Shown here piece after piece: positions 18,662 through 28,708 of a DNA stretch of 64,000 nt. The translations under genes and the position numbers were made by a program. A model generated the notes under the pieces. The model was not told the origin of the DNA. It saw only the letters and a program-made list of their open reading frames with translations, and did not search any database. This DNA comes from a virus (lineage: Duplodnaviria; Caudoviricetes). The stretch spans positions 1 through 64,000 of IMG/VR virus record IMGVR_UViG_2643221578_000002. The stretch is one strand, 5' to 3'. Within the stretch, counting starts at the first letter, position 1. Each line of letters begins with the position of its first letter.

Positions 18662-19561
18662 ATGGCCAGACTTAGCAAGCAGCAGTCGAAGGCCCACAAC
18701 CAGGCGCTCGAACTCGTCGCCCTTGACCGCGACCTCACCGAGGACGAGAAAGAGTTCGTCCTGGAGCACTTCCAGGAAGCCGCCACAGCCACCCACAACC
18801 TCGACGGAGCGTTCTTCACCCCCGAGCCCCTGGCTCGCGACTTGTCGATCGAGGTCCACGGTGACCGGATCATTGACCTGTGCGCGGGGATCGGGCGCCT
18901 GGCCTGGTCATGCCGGGACCTGTGGGGCCGCCGGTGGAACAACGAGCCGGCCCGCGACATCGTGTGCGTGGAGAAGAACCCGGACTACGTCACCGTCGGC
19001 AAGAAGATCCTCCCCGAGGCGACGTGGATCTGTGCCGATGTCCTGACCGTTCCGACCCTTGGGTTGGGTGAGTTCGACACGGCGATCAGTAACCCCCCGT
19101 TCGGGAACATCGCCCGCACCGGTGACGCTCCCGGGTACACCGGCCCGCGGTTCGAGTATCACGTCATCGCCATCGCATCCACGCTGGCCCAGTTCGGGGC
19201 GTTCATCCTGCCCCAGGCATCAGCACCTTTCCGGTACAGCGGCGCCCCGTACTACTCCGAGGTCCGCGACCGGGAGTGCACCAAGTTCGAGCAGCAGACC
19301 CGAATCCAGCTCGGCCCGGGTGCCGGGTTCGACACGTCGATCTACGCGGATGAGTGGCGTGGCGTGTCACCGAAGGTCGAGGTCGCGGTGTGCGACTTCG
19401 CCGAACGGGCGGTGCGCACCGAGACCCCGCCTGCACCGGTCGCCCCCGCCTCGCCGCCGCACAAGCCGCGCCCCGTAGTAAAGCTCCACCTCCCCGGCGA
19501 CGCGGAGCCGTCCGCCCCGCGTGCCGAGACGCTCTTCGACCTTCTCGACGAAGCGTCGTGA
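18662..19561 (+). CDS. amino (N6/N4) DNA methyltransferase
   Basis: AFFTP, IIDLCAGIG (SAM binding), ISNPPF (catalytic). Confidence 0.8.
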   Translation: MARLSKQQSKAHNQALELVALDRDLTEDEKEFVLEHFQEAATATHNLDGAFFTPEPLARDLSIEVHGDRIIDLCAGIGRLAWSCRDLWGRRWNNEPARDIVCVEKNPDYVTVGKKILPEATWICADVLTVPTLGLGEFDTAISNPPFGNIARTGDAPGYTGPRFEYHVIAIASTLAQFGAFILPQASAPFRYSGAPYYSEVRDRECTKFEQQTRIQLGPGAGFDTSIYADEWRGVSPKVEVAVCDFAERAVRTETPPAPVAPASPPHKPRPVVKLHLPGDAEPSAPRAETLFDLLDEAS

Positions 19562-19641
19562 CCCACGCAGTACCGGCTGCCCCCGTTCGACCCGGGGGCA
19601 GCCGGCCCGCCCACCGTACCTGCACTCACCTGGAGCCGTTG

Positions 19642-20934
19642 ATGCCCACCTCACCCACCCCCGCCGCTGACCTGACCGAGGAGCAGCGCGAAGAGCGCCG
19701 TACCCGGGCCCGTGACCTCATCGAGGAGCGGCTCACCGAGACGTGGCCCGCGTGGCGGCGCCCCGGCCGGAAGCCGAACCTGCCGCTCGCCGCCGATATC
19801 GCCCTCGACGCCCTCGGTGACCTGGCCGCCGAACTCCTCGTCGACGGCACGATGATGCGCGCCCTCACCATCCGCGACGGGGTCGCCACCCTCGAACTCG
19901 CCGAGGCCACCGAGATGGTCCGCATCTTCGCCGCCGGAATGCGCGGCGTCCTCGACGGGGCGACGAACTACGTCGAGATGGAGATGACCGACGGGTCAAC
20001 CGGCGAGGGCTTCACCGTCACCGTCCGCCGCCGGGAACGCCCGACGCCGCACGAACTCCGGCAGCAGGCCGAGGCCCGTGTCGAGGAGCTGACCGCAGAG
20101 CTGGCGGTGGCCCGGCAGCTCCTCGGCACCACCACGAGCGCGGGCCCGGCCGCCGTACCATCCACCGCCGCGATGCTCTCCACCCCGTGCGACGCCTGCG
20201 ACCACACCCTGAACTGGCACCGCAACGACGTCGGGTGCACCGTCCCCCGCTGCGTCTGCGGCCGCTTCCAGGACCCCGTTGAGGCCGCCGCCCCGCCCGC
20301 GCCTGCCGACCGGGCCGCCGTGCTGCGGGAGGCCGCCGAGATCGCCGAGTCCCTCCGCGAGTTCACCCCCGCCTACGGGGCCCGGAAGTCCGCGCAGATC
20401 TCCGAGAACGTCGGCGTCCTCCGCGTCGCCGACCACCTGCGCCGTCTGGCCGGTGAGGCGGCCGCCGGGGTGCAGCAGACCACCGAGGCGCACCCGCCGT
20501 CCGTCGAGTACATCGCCGAAGTCCTCGAACTCGACGAGTCGTGGGAGTACCTCGGAGCCCACGCCGACCCGGCCGTCGCCGCCCGGCGCCGCGCGAGCGT
20601 TACCCGCCGCCACCCGGACGCGGAGACCCGCACCGTCCGGAAGACCACCACGTACACCGTCGAGCCGACCGAGCCGCCCACGCACCTGCCGAAGGGTACG
20701 AACGCCGAGGACTGCCCCGCTTGCAAGGGCACCAACCCGGACTACCCGTTCCTCTGCCCCGGCCCGACCCCCGCCGTGGTTCACGCCTGCCCGCCCGACG
20801 GCTCCGGGCTCACCCCCTGCTGCCACCGGCCCCCGTTCGAGATGCAGGCCGACCGCATGACCACCGACCCGACGGCCGTCACCTGCCCCACCCCGCCCGC
20901 CGCCCCTGCCGCGCCCGAGGAGCCCACCCCGTGA
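19642..20934 (+). CDS. mosaic phage protein with several Cys-rich modules
   Basis: GGAG RBS; CDACDH..H..C..CVC, CPAC and CC motifs. Confidence 0.65.
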   Translation: MPTSPTPAADLTEEQREERRTRARDLIEERLTETWPAWRRPGRKPNLPLAADIALDALGDLAAELLVDGTMMRALTIRDGVATLELAEATEMVRIFAAGMRGVLDGATNYVEMEMTDGSTGEGFTVTVRRRERPTPHELRQQAEARVEELTAELAVARQLLGTTTSAGPAAVPSTAAMLSTPCDACDHTLNWHRNDVGCTVPRCVCGRFQDPVEAAAPPAPADRAAVLREAAEIAESLREFTPAYGARKSAQISENVGVLRVADHLRRLAGEAAAGVQQTTEAHPPSVEYIAEVLELDESWEYLGAHADPAVAARRRASVTRRHPDAETRTVRKTTTYTVEPTEPPTHLPKGTNAEDCPACKGTNPDYPFLCPGPTPAVVHACPPDGSGLTPCCHRPPFEMQADRMTTDPTAVTCPTPPAAPAAPEEPTP

Positions 20935-21227
20935 CCGCTCTCGCCGCCGTGCTGGCCGCGCTCGCCGCCGGGTACGGACTCGGCCGCTACAAGCCCCTCC
21001 ACCGCGTCTCCGACTGGGCGAACTGGCACCGGTACGGGAAACGCCCCACCGGGCCCCGCCGCTGGGCCGTGTACGCCGTCCTGTCCGCCGAGAACATCGG
21101 CTGGCTCGCCGCCCACCCGGTGCAGGGCTGGGACGCGTGGAAGCACCGCCACGACCCGCCCCCGGCACTTGGCCCCGCCCTGACCTTCACCGCCCGCACC
21201 CGAGCGCCCGAGGAGCCCACACGATGA
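20931..21227 (+). CDS. small membrane-associated hypothetical protein
   Basis: hydrophobic N-terminus; flanked by 17-bp direct repeats. Confidence 0.6.
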   Translation: MTALAAVLAALAAGYGLGRYKPLHRVSDWANWHRYGKRPTGPRRWAVYAVLSAENIGWLAAHPVQGWDAWKHRHDPPPALGPALTFTARTRAPEEPTR

Positions 21228-22066
21228 CCACGCGCAAGAGCCCCGTCCCGTACTTCGGCGCCAAGGGCCGCACCGCCCCCTGGATCACCTCGCTCCTGCC
21301 CCCGCATCAGCACTACGTCGAGCCGTACTGCGGCGGGCTGTCCGTCCTCCTCGCCAAGCAGCCCGCGGCCATGGAGACCGTCAACGACCTCGACGGCGAC
21401 CTGATGACGTTCTGGCGGGTCCTGCGCGACCGGCCGGCCGAGCTCATTCGCGCCTGCGCGCTCACCCCGCACAGCCGGGACGAACTCGCGGCCGCACATG
21501 AACCCGTCGAGCCCGGCGACGACCTGGAGCTCGCCCGCCGCATCTGGTGCCGCCTCGCCCAAGGCCGCGCCGGAACCCTGCGCAACACCGGGTGGCGGCA
21601 CTACATCGACCCCGCTGGCTCCGCCACGGGCATGCCGGACTACATGGCCGCCTACGTCGACCGCCTCGCGGCCGCAGCTGAGCGCCTGCGCCGCGTGTCC
21701 CTGGAGTCCCTGCCCGCCCTCGACCTCATCGCCAAGTACGGCGGGCACAAGGATGTGCTGCTGTACGTCGACCCGCCGTACCTCGGCACCACCCGCCCGT
21801 GGTCGAACTACCGCATCGAGATGAAGGACGAGGCGTCGCATCGGGAGTTGGCGGCCGCGCTCGCCGACTGCAAGGCCGCCGTCGTCCTCTCCGGGTACGG
21901 CAGCCCGCTGTACGACGAGCTGTACGACGGGTGGCACCGGGCCGACCACCAGACCATGACCGGCAACGCCAAGACCGCGAAGGACCGCACCGAAGTCCTG
22001 TGGTCCAACCGCGTGCTCGCCGGGCGGCTCAGCCTCTTCGACGACGAGCCCGAGGAAGCCGCGTAA
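21224..22066 (+). CDS. Dam-family (D12 class) N6-adenine DNA methyltransferase
   Basis: YFGAK, YVEPYCGG, VNDLD, YVDPPY, TEVLWSN. Confidence 0.9.
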   Translation: MTTRKSPVPYFGAKGRTAPWITSLLPPHQHYVEPYCGGLSVLLAKQPAAMETVNDLDGDLMTFWRVLRDRPAELIRACALTPHSRDELAAAHEPVEPGDDLELARRIWCRLAQGRAGTLRNTGWRHYIDPAGSATGMPDYMAAYVDRLAAAAERLRRVSLESLPALDLIAKYGGHKDVLLYVDPPYLGTTRPWSNYRIEMKDEASHRELAAALADCKAAVVLSGYGSPLYDELYDGWHRADHQTMTGNAKTAKDRTEVLWSNRVLAGRLSLFDDEPEEAA

Positions 22067-22126
22067 CCCGCACCACCACCCCCGCCCCTGCTGCCGGGTG
22101 ATCCCGGCCCACCGAGGAGACACCAC

Positions 22127-22471
22127 ATGTACCCCACCCTCTTCACCAACCCCGGCGTGAAGGACTTCGCCGAGGAGATCGACGCCGAGCGCACCCGCCA
22201 GCTCGCCAAATTCGGCGAGCAGCACCACCCCGACGGCACCGGCCTCCCCGTCTACGAGCACGCCGCCCGCCGCTACCGCAACCAGGCCGACCGCAACGCC
22301 CAGTCCGGAGTCCTCGCCTGGCGGGACGTCCTGCTGGAGGAGGTCTACGAAGCGCTCGCCGAGAAGGACCCGGCCGCGCTCCGCACCGAGCTGGTCCAGA
22401 TCGCCGCCGTGTGCGCCGCCTGGGTCCGCGACCTCGACAGCCGCACCGGGCCGACCACCCCCGCCGTCTGA
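22127..22471 (+). CDS. MazG-like all-alpha NTP pyrophosphohydrolase
   Basis: ERTRQ..KFG, LLEEVYEA...ELVQIAAV motif. Confidence 0.6.
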   Translation: MYPTLFTNPGVKDFAEEIDAERTRQLAKFGEQHHPDGTGLPVYEHAARRYRNQADRNAQSGVLAWRDVLLEEVYEALAEKDPAALRTELVQIAAVCAAWVRDLDSRTGPTTPAV

Positions 22472-22536
22472 CGCCCCTGTCCCTGTGGGTGGCCGCCCCA
22501 CCCGGCGGCCACCCCGACACCCCGGAAGGACCCGAC

Positions 22537-22677
22537 ATGACCTGCACCATCTGCGGTGTCGACCTCGGCCCCGACTACACCACCGACGCCAACGGCACGT
22601 GCTGCACCAACTGCGCCGACCACCCCGACACCCCGGCCGATGGCCTGCGGATCTACACCACCGAGGGGGACTGGTGA
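22537..22677 (+). CDS. small Cys-rich protein
   Basis: CTIC...CCTNC; GAAGGA RBS. Confidence 0.5.
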   Translation: MTCTICGVDLGPDYTTDANGTCCTNCADHPDTPADGLRIYTTEGDW

Positions 22678-22790
22678 CCGCCGTGCTCCTCGTCACCGCC
22701 CTCGTCATCCTCACCACCGCCACCACCAACCCGGCCATCCACGCCGCGACCGCCCGCATCCGAGCCGCACTCACCGAGGGGGCCCGGTGA
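22674..22790 (+). CDS. small hydrophobic peptide
   Basis: coupled on both sides. Confidence 0.4.
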   Translation: MTAVLLVTALVILTTATTNPAIHAATARIRAALTEGAR

Positions 22791-23128
22791 CCACCCAGCC
22801 CCGCATCCCGCTCGACGACCTCACCAGCGACGCCCTCGACGCCCTGTACGACGAACGCGACCAGTACCGGGCCGACTGCCAGAAGTGGGCTGGAGCCGTC
22901 GTCTCGGCCGAGAAGGTCCGCCGTGCCGACGCGGCCGACGCCGACCGCTACGAAGGCGAACTCCTCCAACGCATCGCCAACCTGGAGGCCGACGTGGTCC
23001 GGCTGACCGCCGGGCAGTGCGTCGACTCCCGGGCCATGTGCGAGAAGCACCACCTGCCCCCGGTGACTGACTGCCCGTACCCCCGGTGCCGGGCCGCACG
23101 CGCCACCGGGCGCGCAGCCACCGCCTGA
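22787..23128 (+). CDS. hypothetical protein (RIPLDDLTSDALDALY N-terminus)
   Basis: GTGA overlap. Confidence 0.65.
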   Translation: MTTQPRIPLDDLTSDALDALYDERDQYRADCQKWAGAVVSAEKVRRADAADADRYEGELLQRIANLEADVVRLTAGQCVDSRAMCEKHHLPPVTDCPYPRCRAARATGRAATA

Positions 23129-23133
23129 CCCTG

Positions 23134-23313
23134 CTACCGCACCCGGCACCCGCGCAGGTCATCAAGGAGATGCCCGACCAGAACCTCACGCGTGATCCGC
23201 AACTGACGAACCCAGTCCTCCCGAGACACAGCAGAGGACACAGAGCCGCCCTGCTCCACCCGCTCCTCCTCGCGCGCAACCCGCTTCAACCACACCGCGA
23301 TCTCCACCGACAT
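23134..23313 (-). CDS. small hypothetical protein
   Basis: fills a gap in the plus-strand operon; MSVEIAVWLKRVAREEE. Confidence 0.4.
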   Translation of the reverse strand: MSVEIAVWLKRVAREEERVEQGGSVSSAVSREDWVRQLRITREVLVGHLLDDLRGCRVR

Positions 23314-23364
23314 CTGCCCAGTTTCCCACCGAGCAGCCAGCGGCCCACCCGCATGAGGAGAACC

Positions 23365-23616
23365 ATGACCGACCCCATCACCGACAGCGAGCTCCAGCAC
23401 CTTCGGACGGTCGTCGCCCGGGTCCGCCAGGCCGTGGACGCCGGCCCGGTCGGATCGTGCTGCGCCCACCTCATCCGTGCCGCCCTCAACCCGCCAGCCG
23501 ACCTCTGTGGGTGCGGGCGACCCGACCCCGGCCCCTGCCAACCCTGCCCCGAGGGCAGCCCCAGCCTCCACTGCGCCTGCGTATGCAGGCCGGCCGTGAC
23601 GAAGGAGCCCACATGA
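23365..23616 (+). CDS. Cys-rich hypothetical protein
   Basis: GAGGAG RBS. Confidence 0.55.
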   Translation: MTDPITDSELQHLRTVVARVRQAVDAGPVGSCCAHLIRAALNPPADLCGCGRPDPGPCQPCPEGSPSLHCACVCRPAVTKEPT

Positions 23617-23777
23617 TCCGCCCACTCACCGTCCGCCTCGACCCGGCAACGTCACGGCTGCTCCGCCTGTACCGCGGCCAGCAGCCAGCCACCGTCCTCG
23701 GCCGGGCCATGCGGATGCTCGCCCAGGCCGACGGACACCTCGACCCCGCCGGCAACATCAAGTCGAGGCGGCCATGA
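23613..23777 (+). CDS. small hypothetical protein, possibly RHH-like
   Basis: LTVRLD...; coupled. Confidence 0.5.
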   Translation: MIRPLTVRLDPATSRLLRLYRGQQPATVLGRAMRMLAQADGHLDPAGNIKSRRP

Positions 23778-24154
23778 ACGCCCTGTCACCGCGGCAGCGC
23801 ACCATCCTCTGGCACCGTGCCCAAGGCCTCACCGGGCCGCAGATCGCCCACACCATGCACCTCGCCGTAGCCACGATCAGCTACCACGAGCGGATCATCT
23901 GCCACACCCTGCGGGCCACGAACATCACCCACGCCGTCCACCTCGGCCACCTCCACCACCTCATCGGCAGCCGGCCCGACTGCGGCGACCGGGCCGCCTA
24001 CCTCCGCCACCTCCGCCGCGGCGAACCCACCTGCCCGGCCTGCAAAGCCGCCAACGCCGAACACGCCGTTGCGCAACGCGCCGGCCAACTGAAAGAGGGG
24101 GTCGCACTCGGCCCCGGAGCACGCATCGCCGAACGCACCCCGCACCCCTGCTGA
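23774..24154 (+). CDS. LuxR-type HTH protein with C-terminal zinc motif
   Basis: LSPRQRTIL..AQGLTGPQIA..MHLAVATI; CG..AAY.RH...C..C. Confidence 0.75.
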   Translation: MNALSPRQRTILWHRAQGLTGPQIAHTMHLAVATISYHERIICHTLRATNITHAVHLGHLHHLIGSRPDCGDRAAYLRHLRRGEPTCPACKAANAEHAVAQRAGQLKEGVALGPGARIAERTPHPC

Positions 24155-24193
24155 TCCGGGTACGTTGCCGCCCTGACACAGAGAGGACCCGCG

Positions 24194-24445
24194 ATGGACG
24201 AAACCGAACAGCCACCGACCACCGGCGAGAAAGTCAAAGCCGCAGGGCAACTGGCCGGCCTCGTGGGCGTTGCCGCTGTCGGCCTAGGAGCCGCCATTAT
24301 CGTCGGAGGGCTCCTTGTCCTCCTGCTGCTGATCCTGGGAGCCGTCATCTGGGGTGCCTGGTCAATCAGTTGGGTCATCGGGCTGCCTGTGACCGTCGTC
24401 ATCGTGTACGTCCTGATCCGCATGTGGACAGGCGAAAGCGTCTAG
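24194..24445 (+). CDS. small integral membrane protein
   Basis: long hydrophobic stretches; GAGGA RBS. Confidence 0.7.
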   Translation: MDETEQPPTTGEKVKAAGQLAGLVGVAAVGLGAAIIVGGLLVLLLLILGAVIWGAWSISWVIGLPVTVVIVYVLIRMWTGESV

Positions 24446-24499
24446 GACGCACCGCGGCCCCCACCCAGACGGGCAGGGGCCGCTTCGCTGCGTGCGGGG

Positions 24500-25213
24500 C
24501 TAGCTGTCCTGCGGCTCCGCGAACCGGCCGCCGTCGCGGGTCGCACCATGCCGTCCCCGCCCAGGGCGAGCAGCCTGCTTCGCCCGCACCTCGTCAGCCG
24601 AATACTGGGACTCACCCCGCCGGCCCGGCTCCCGGCCCTGCGACTCGATACCCCACCGGGACAGCTGCTTACGGGCGCTGCCGTTCGCGGACGGCCCGGT
24701 GAAGCCCAGAAACTTCGCGACCATGCTCACCGTCCACAGCTCCACAGGGCGGCCGTAGCCGAGCAGCTCCAGCTCGGGGATGTCCTGCACCCGGCCCGCG
24801 GCCCGGGCGGCGGGCAGCCACTCGTTGACCCGATGCCAAGCAGCCGACGAGCCGCCGCCGAGCGGGCCGGCCGATGACAGTAGCCCCTTCAACTCGGCAA
24901 GGGCCGCACTGTCGTTCCCGTCGGTCACCAGCCGCATGAGGGGGCGGGCGACGCGGATGGCGTAGTGCCCCACGGCCTCGGCCTCGTCCAAGTCGTCCGC
25001 GTTGAGCGTCAACTGGAGCAGGGGCCGGGCCTGGCCCGCGCCGGGGGCGGTCACGGCGGCCACCGCATCACCGCGACGGGGCCGGCGCGTCGCCTCGCAC
25101 CACCACTGTGCGGCGACATCAACGCCGTGGTGCTCGGGGCCGTAGTTGGCGGAGAAGGAACTCTCGACGAGGACGGGAACGTCGGTCGGGACGGGCGGCA
25201 GCTGTACGGGCAT
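24500..25213 (-). CDS. hypothetical protein with C-terminal HTH
   Basis: WTVSMVAKFLG...ARKQLSRWG...YSADEV. Confidence 0.65.
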   Translation of the reverse strand: MPVQLPPVPTDVPVLVESSFSANYGPEHHGVDVAAQWWCEATRRPRRGDAVAAVTAPGAGQARPLLQLTLNADDLDEAEAVGHYAIRVARPLMRLVTDGNDSAALAELKGLLSSAGPLGGGSSAAWHRVNEWLPAARAAGRVQDIPELELLGYGRPVELWTVSMVAKFLGFTGPSANGSARKQLSRWGIESQGREPGRRGESQYSADEVRAKQAARPGRGRHGATRDGGRFAEPQDS

Positions 25214-25242
25214 GGTCAGGCCTTTCGCGTGGGCGGGGTTGG

Positions 25243-25776
25243 CTACTTGGCGAGCTGGGTGCGGAGCTGCTCAGCAAGGTCGAGGACGGTCTCGACCGGG
25301 AGGTCGCGGGTTCCGGCGTAGCTGGTGGAGATGCGCCCGTTGTCGCGGAAGCTGACCCCGTTGGACCCGAAGTCGCCCTCGGTGTCGGAGAGGGCGATGG
25401 AGGCGTTCATGAGGACGGTGAGGGTGTGGAGTCGGTCGCCGAGGTCGGTGATGGCGTCGATGCGGTCGGCGAGAAGCGGGGCCAGGCCGCGGATGACGGT
25501 GATGGTCTCGTCGCCGCGCTGGCGGGTGCGAACCTTCGGAGTGATCGTGGTGCCCGCGTGGGGGCCTTCGGCGATGGCATAGGTGGCGTTGAGGTCGAGC
25601 ACGTTGACCTGCTTCCGGGTGCGGCGGGCGCCGATGGCGATGCGGCGGGCGAGGGAGGCGGTGTCGATGACCCACCGGCCGGCGGCTTTGATGGCGGCGA
25701 TGGCACCGCGGCGAGCCCAGGCGCGGATGGTGGCAGCGGTGACGTTGGCCTGGAGTGCGGCGGCGGTGGTGTTCAT
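25243..25776 (-). CDS. excisionase/MerR-like HTH protein with C-terminal extension
   Basis: MNTTAAA..ANVT..TIRAWARRG...GRWVID; GAGGGAG RBS. Confidence 0.75.
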   Translation of the reverse strand: MNTTAAALQANVTAATIRAWARRGAIAAIKAAGRWVIDTASLARRIAIGARRTRKQVNVLDLNATYAIAEGPHAGTTITPKVRTRQRGDETITVIRGLAPLLADRIDAITDLGDRLHTLTVLMNASIALSDTEGDFGSNGVSFRDNGRISTSYAGTRDLPVETVLDLAEQLRTQLAK

Positions 25777-25801
25777 CGGGTCTCCCTCGGTGGCGATAAC
25801 T

Positions 25802-25830
25802 CCATAATGCCTCACGGTGAGGCGTTATGG
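25802..25830. promoter_or_regulatory. near-perfect 29-bp palindrome upstream of the leftward HTH pair
   Basis: CCATAATGCCTCAC-G-GTGAGGCGTTATGG. Confidence 0.55.
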
Positions 25831-26137
25831 GAAGGGGTGTCACCCAGAAGAGTGAGAACCCATCAGAAACCCCAGCTCAGATGCGCATCGCCGGGTGGCA
25901 CCGCTGGCGGAGCGTCGTCGTCGGCAACGCGTCCGAGCCGACCACGTCCCGCCGGCGGGTGACCTTGTCGCAGTCCGGGCATGCCGGGCCGTCGGCAGCG
26001 GGCCTGCATCGAGATGTCCAACTACCGACGGGTAAAAGATCTCCAGTCGGATCTTTCCGTCTATCGCGCCACGGTCGACCAACTTGGTGAATATCATGTG
26101 AGCATCTGGTCAACATGACCCAAGAGGCGGTTACTTC

Positions 26138-28093
26138 ATGCCTGCTGAACCCTCAAGCACCCAACGGCGCCGCTTCAACTCCTCAGAGCGAGGGGCGCTC
26201 TTCCTCGCTGCGGACGGGCACTGCGAGGAATGCCGAGCGCCCCTCGAAGCCGGATGGCACGGGGACCACGTGTCCCCGTACTCCGCCGGCGGCGACACCG
26301 ATGTTCTCAACGGGCAAGCCCTCTGCCCGGCCTGCAACCTAAGGAAAGGCTCCAAACCGCAGATGCAGCTCCGCCAATGGCAGCGACGCGCCGTGGACGC
26401 CTTCTACGCCTCCAACTCCAAGAACTTTCTGGTCTCCGCAACGCCGGGCGCAGGGAAGACCAAGTTCTCCCTCCACCTCGCCAAGGAGCTCATGCAGCAA
26501 GGAGTGGTCGAGCGCGTTGCAGTAGTAGCACCGTCGGACAACCTGCGAAGCCAGTGGGCGGACGAAGCCGCTGCGGCCGGCCTCAAGCTCTTTCCCGTTC
26601 CACCCGGAGACAGCGACGGGTACAGCAAGGCTGGATACGTCGGCACCGTCGTGACCTATCAGCAGCTGCTCGGTACGGGCGGAAGCCTCATGCGCCACGC
26701 CATGCGGAAGCCGACCTTCGTCATCCTGGACGAGATCCACCACGCCGGGGACAACAAGTCCTGGGGGGATGCCCTCCAGCTCGCGGTCGAGCCCGCTGTA
26801 CACCGACTGTGCCTCACGGGCACACCGTGGCGGCGGGACGCGACCTCCCCCATTCCCTTCGTCCGCTATGACGGCGACGGAACCGTGGCGGTCGACTACG
26901 CCTACGAATACGGCGCCGCCGTTGCCGACGGAGTCTGCCGGCGCATCGAGTTCCACGCCTACGACGGCGAAGCCAGGTGGACGGACCCTGCGCGCCTGAA
27001 GCGCACCACGTTCGAGGAGAACGGTAAGTCCGATGTCAGCGTCGAGTTCACCGCGAAACTCGGCGCCAACATGCCGGATGAGGACGTCTCGGCGGCCCTC
27101 GACACCGTCTACGAGCCGAAGTACGCCTGGATGCCGTCGATCCTGGCGCAGGCAGACGAGATGCTGGGCGAGCTCCGGGAGGATGTTCCTGACGCGGCGG
27201 GACTGGTCATCGCCGAGCGGCAATGGCACGCGAAGGGCTACGCAGACCTCCTAGAGCAGATCACCGGGACGCGACCGCCAGTTGTTGTCTCCGATCCGAA
27301 AAGTGACCCAGGCAGTCGTATCGCAAAAGCGCAGATCGATCAGTTCCGGAAGGGCACCGGCCGCTGGATCGTCGCCGTCAAGATGATCTCCGAAGGTGTT
27401 GACATCCCGCGCCTCGCTGTCGGCGTCTACGCCTCCAAGACGCAGACGCCACTCTTCTACCGGCAGGTCGTCGGGCGGTTCGTTCGTACCCGCCCCGACG
27501 AGGAAATCAACGCCCGGCTCCTGATCCCCGCGGTGCCCGAGTTGATGCGGCACGCTCGCGAGATCGAGGAAGAGCTGCGGCATCAGCTGGAGATCGCCGC
27601 CCAAGAGGACGAGAAGGCCCAGAAGGAGGGGGACGGCACGAAAGGGCAAGGCATGCTCGACTTCCGAACCCCGCTGTCGGCATCGGAGTCAGTGTTCGAC
27701 CGCGCCATTCTCCGCGGCGATGAAGTCTCGGCAGAGGAACTGGCGGCAGCCCAGCAGAAGGCCCAAGAGCTGGGCATTCCGCGTGCGTTCGCAGCCAACT
27801 TGGTTCCCCTGCTGCGAGCCCAAAGCGCCCAGGCCGAGACGGTCGCAGCCGCCCAGGAAGCGCCCGCACCTGCTCCTGCCAATGCGATGGAGATCCCGCA
27901 CTACCGGCGAGAGAAGCTGCTGCGGCAGGAAGTCGAGACTCTCGCCCGGAAGCTCGCCTACCGTCGGAAGCGGCCCCCCAAGGACATCAACATCGACCTA
28001 CTGAAGGCGGGGCATCCGAAGCGCTCCAAGGCCACGGTCGAAGAGCTCGAGAAGATGCGCCAGACCCTTGCCGAGTGGCTGGGGGGAGCGTGA
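26138..28093 (+). CDS. HNH nuclease-SF2 (DEAH-like) helicase fusion
   Basis: N-terminal C..C...GDH...NGQALCPACN; LRQWQ, ATPGAGKT, DEIHH, LTGTP, SEGVDIP, QVVGRFVR. Confidence 0.9.
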   Translation: MPAEPSSTQRRRFNSSERGALFLAADGHCEECRAPLEAGWHGDHVSPYSAGGDTDVLNGQALCPACNLRKGSKPQMQLRQWQRRAVDAFYASNSKNFLVSATPGAGKTKFSLHLAKELMQQGVVERVAVVAPSDNLRSQWADEAAAAGLKLFPVPPGDSDGYSKAGYVGTVVTYQQLLGTGGSLMRHAMRKPTFVILDEIHHAGDNKSWGDALQLAVEPAVHRLCLTGTPWRRDATSPIPFVRYDGDGTVAVDYAYEYGAAVADGVCRRIEFHAYDGEARWTDPARLKRTTFEENGKSDVSVEFTAKLGANMPDEDVSAALDTVYEPKYAWMPSILAQADEMLGELREDVPDAAGLVIAERQWHAKGYADLLEQITGTRPPVVVSDPKSDPGSRIAKAQIDQFRKGTGRWIVAVKMISEGVDIPRLAVGVYASKTQTPLFYRQVVGRFVRTRPDEEINARLLIPAVPELMRHAREIEEELRHQLEIAAQEDEKAQKEGDGTKGQGMLDFRTPLSASESVFDRAILRGDEVSAEELAAAQQKAQELGIPRAFAANLVPLLRAQSAQAETVAAAQEAPAPAPANAMEIPHYRREKLLRQEVETLARKLAYRRKRPPKDINIDLLKAGHPKRSKATVEELEKMRQTLAEWLGGA

Positions 28094-28686
28094 CGTCGAA
28101 CCTGCGGGCGAACGCTGCCCTCGTGGAGGCGCTCGGATCGGCCCTCCGGGAAGGTGAACACGGCCTCAAGACTGGGCCGGCGCTGCTGGTACGGGTCCTG
28201 CGAGAGGGATCTTGGCGTTCGTTCACGACGCAGCGCGGCGAGCAGGTGGAATACGCGCACTTCGAGCACTTCGTGACCAAGCCGCCGCTGAAGGGGCTCG
28301 GGGCGTCGATGCGACTCATCGAGAAGATGCTGGACTCGATCGAAGATGCGGCGGGGCGCGCCGAGGCCCAGGATCTTCTTGATCAAGCAGTGAAGGCCAA
28401 GCACGGCGGCGACAGGAGCAAGCTGGATAACATACAGCTTGTCGGTCATCCTTCCGGAACGTCCAAAGAAGCTGGCCTCCGACGGCTCCGCAAGGACCGC
28501 CCTGACCTTCACGCCGATGTTCTCGCTGGCCGTCTCTCCACCCACGCCGCGATGGTGAAGGCAGGATTTCGCCGGAAGCTCGTGTCCGTCCCAGTGGATA
28601 GCCCGGAGAGCACGGCGCAGGCGATCCGGCGCAACATGAATCCCGAGGCCGTCGCTCAGCTCGCCAAGCTCCTGGCCAAGCCCTAA
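28090..28686 (+). CDS. hypothetical protein coupled to the helicase
   Basis: GTGA overlap; HGGDRS motif and helical C-terminus. Confidence 0.75.
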   Translation: MTSNLRANAALVEALGSALREGEHGLKTGPALLVRVLREGSWRSFTTQRGEQVEYAHFEHFVTKPPLKGLGASMRLIEKMLDSIEDAAGRAEAQDLLDQAVKAKHGGDRSKLDNIQLVGHPSGTSKEAGLRRLRKDRPDLHADVLAGRLSTHAAMVKAGFRRKLVSVPVDSPESTAQAIRRNMNPEAVAQLAKLLAKP

Positions 28687-28708
28687 GTCCGTCGCAGCTG
28701 CATGCGGA

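Noticed and set aside
20987-23149. 720-aa minus-strand ORF and similar long antisense ORFs (e.g. 7160-8833, 16482-18023, 47078-48916, 53877-55526)
   Set aside because: Shadow frames of real plus-strand genes in high-GC DNA; no motifs
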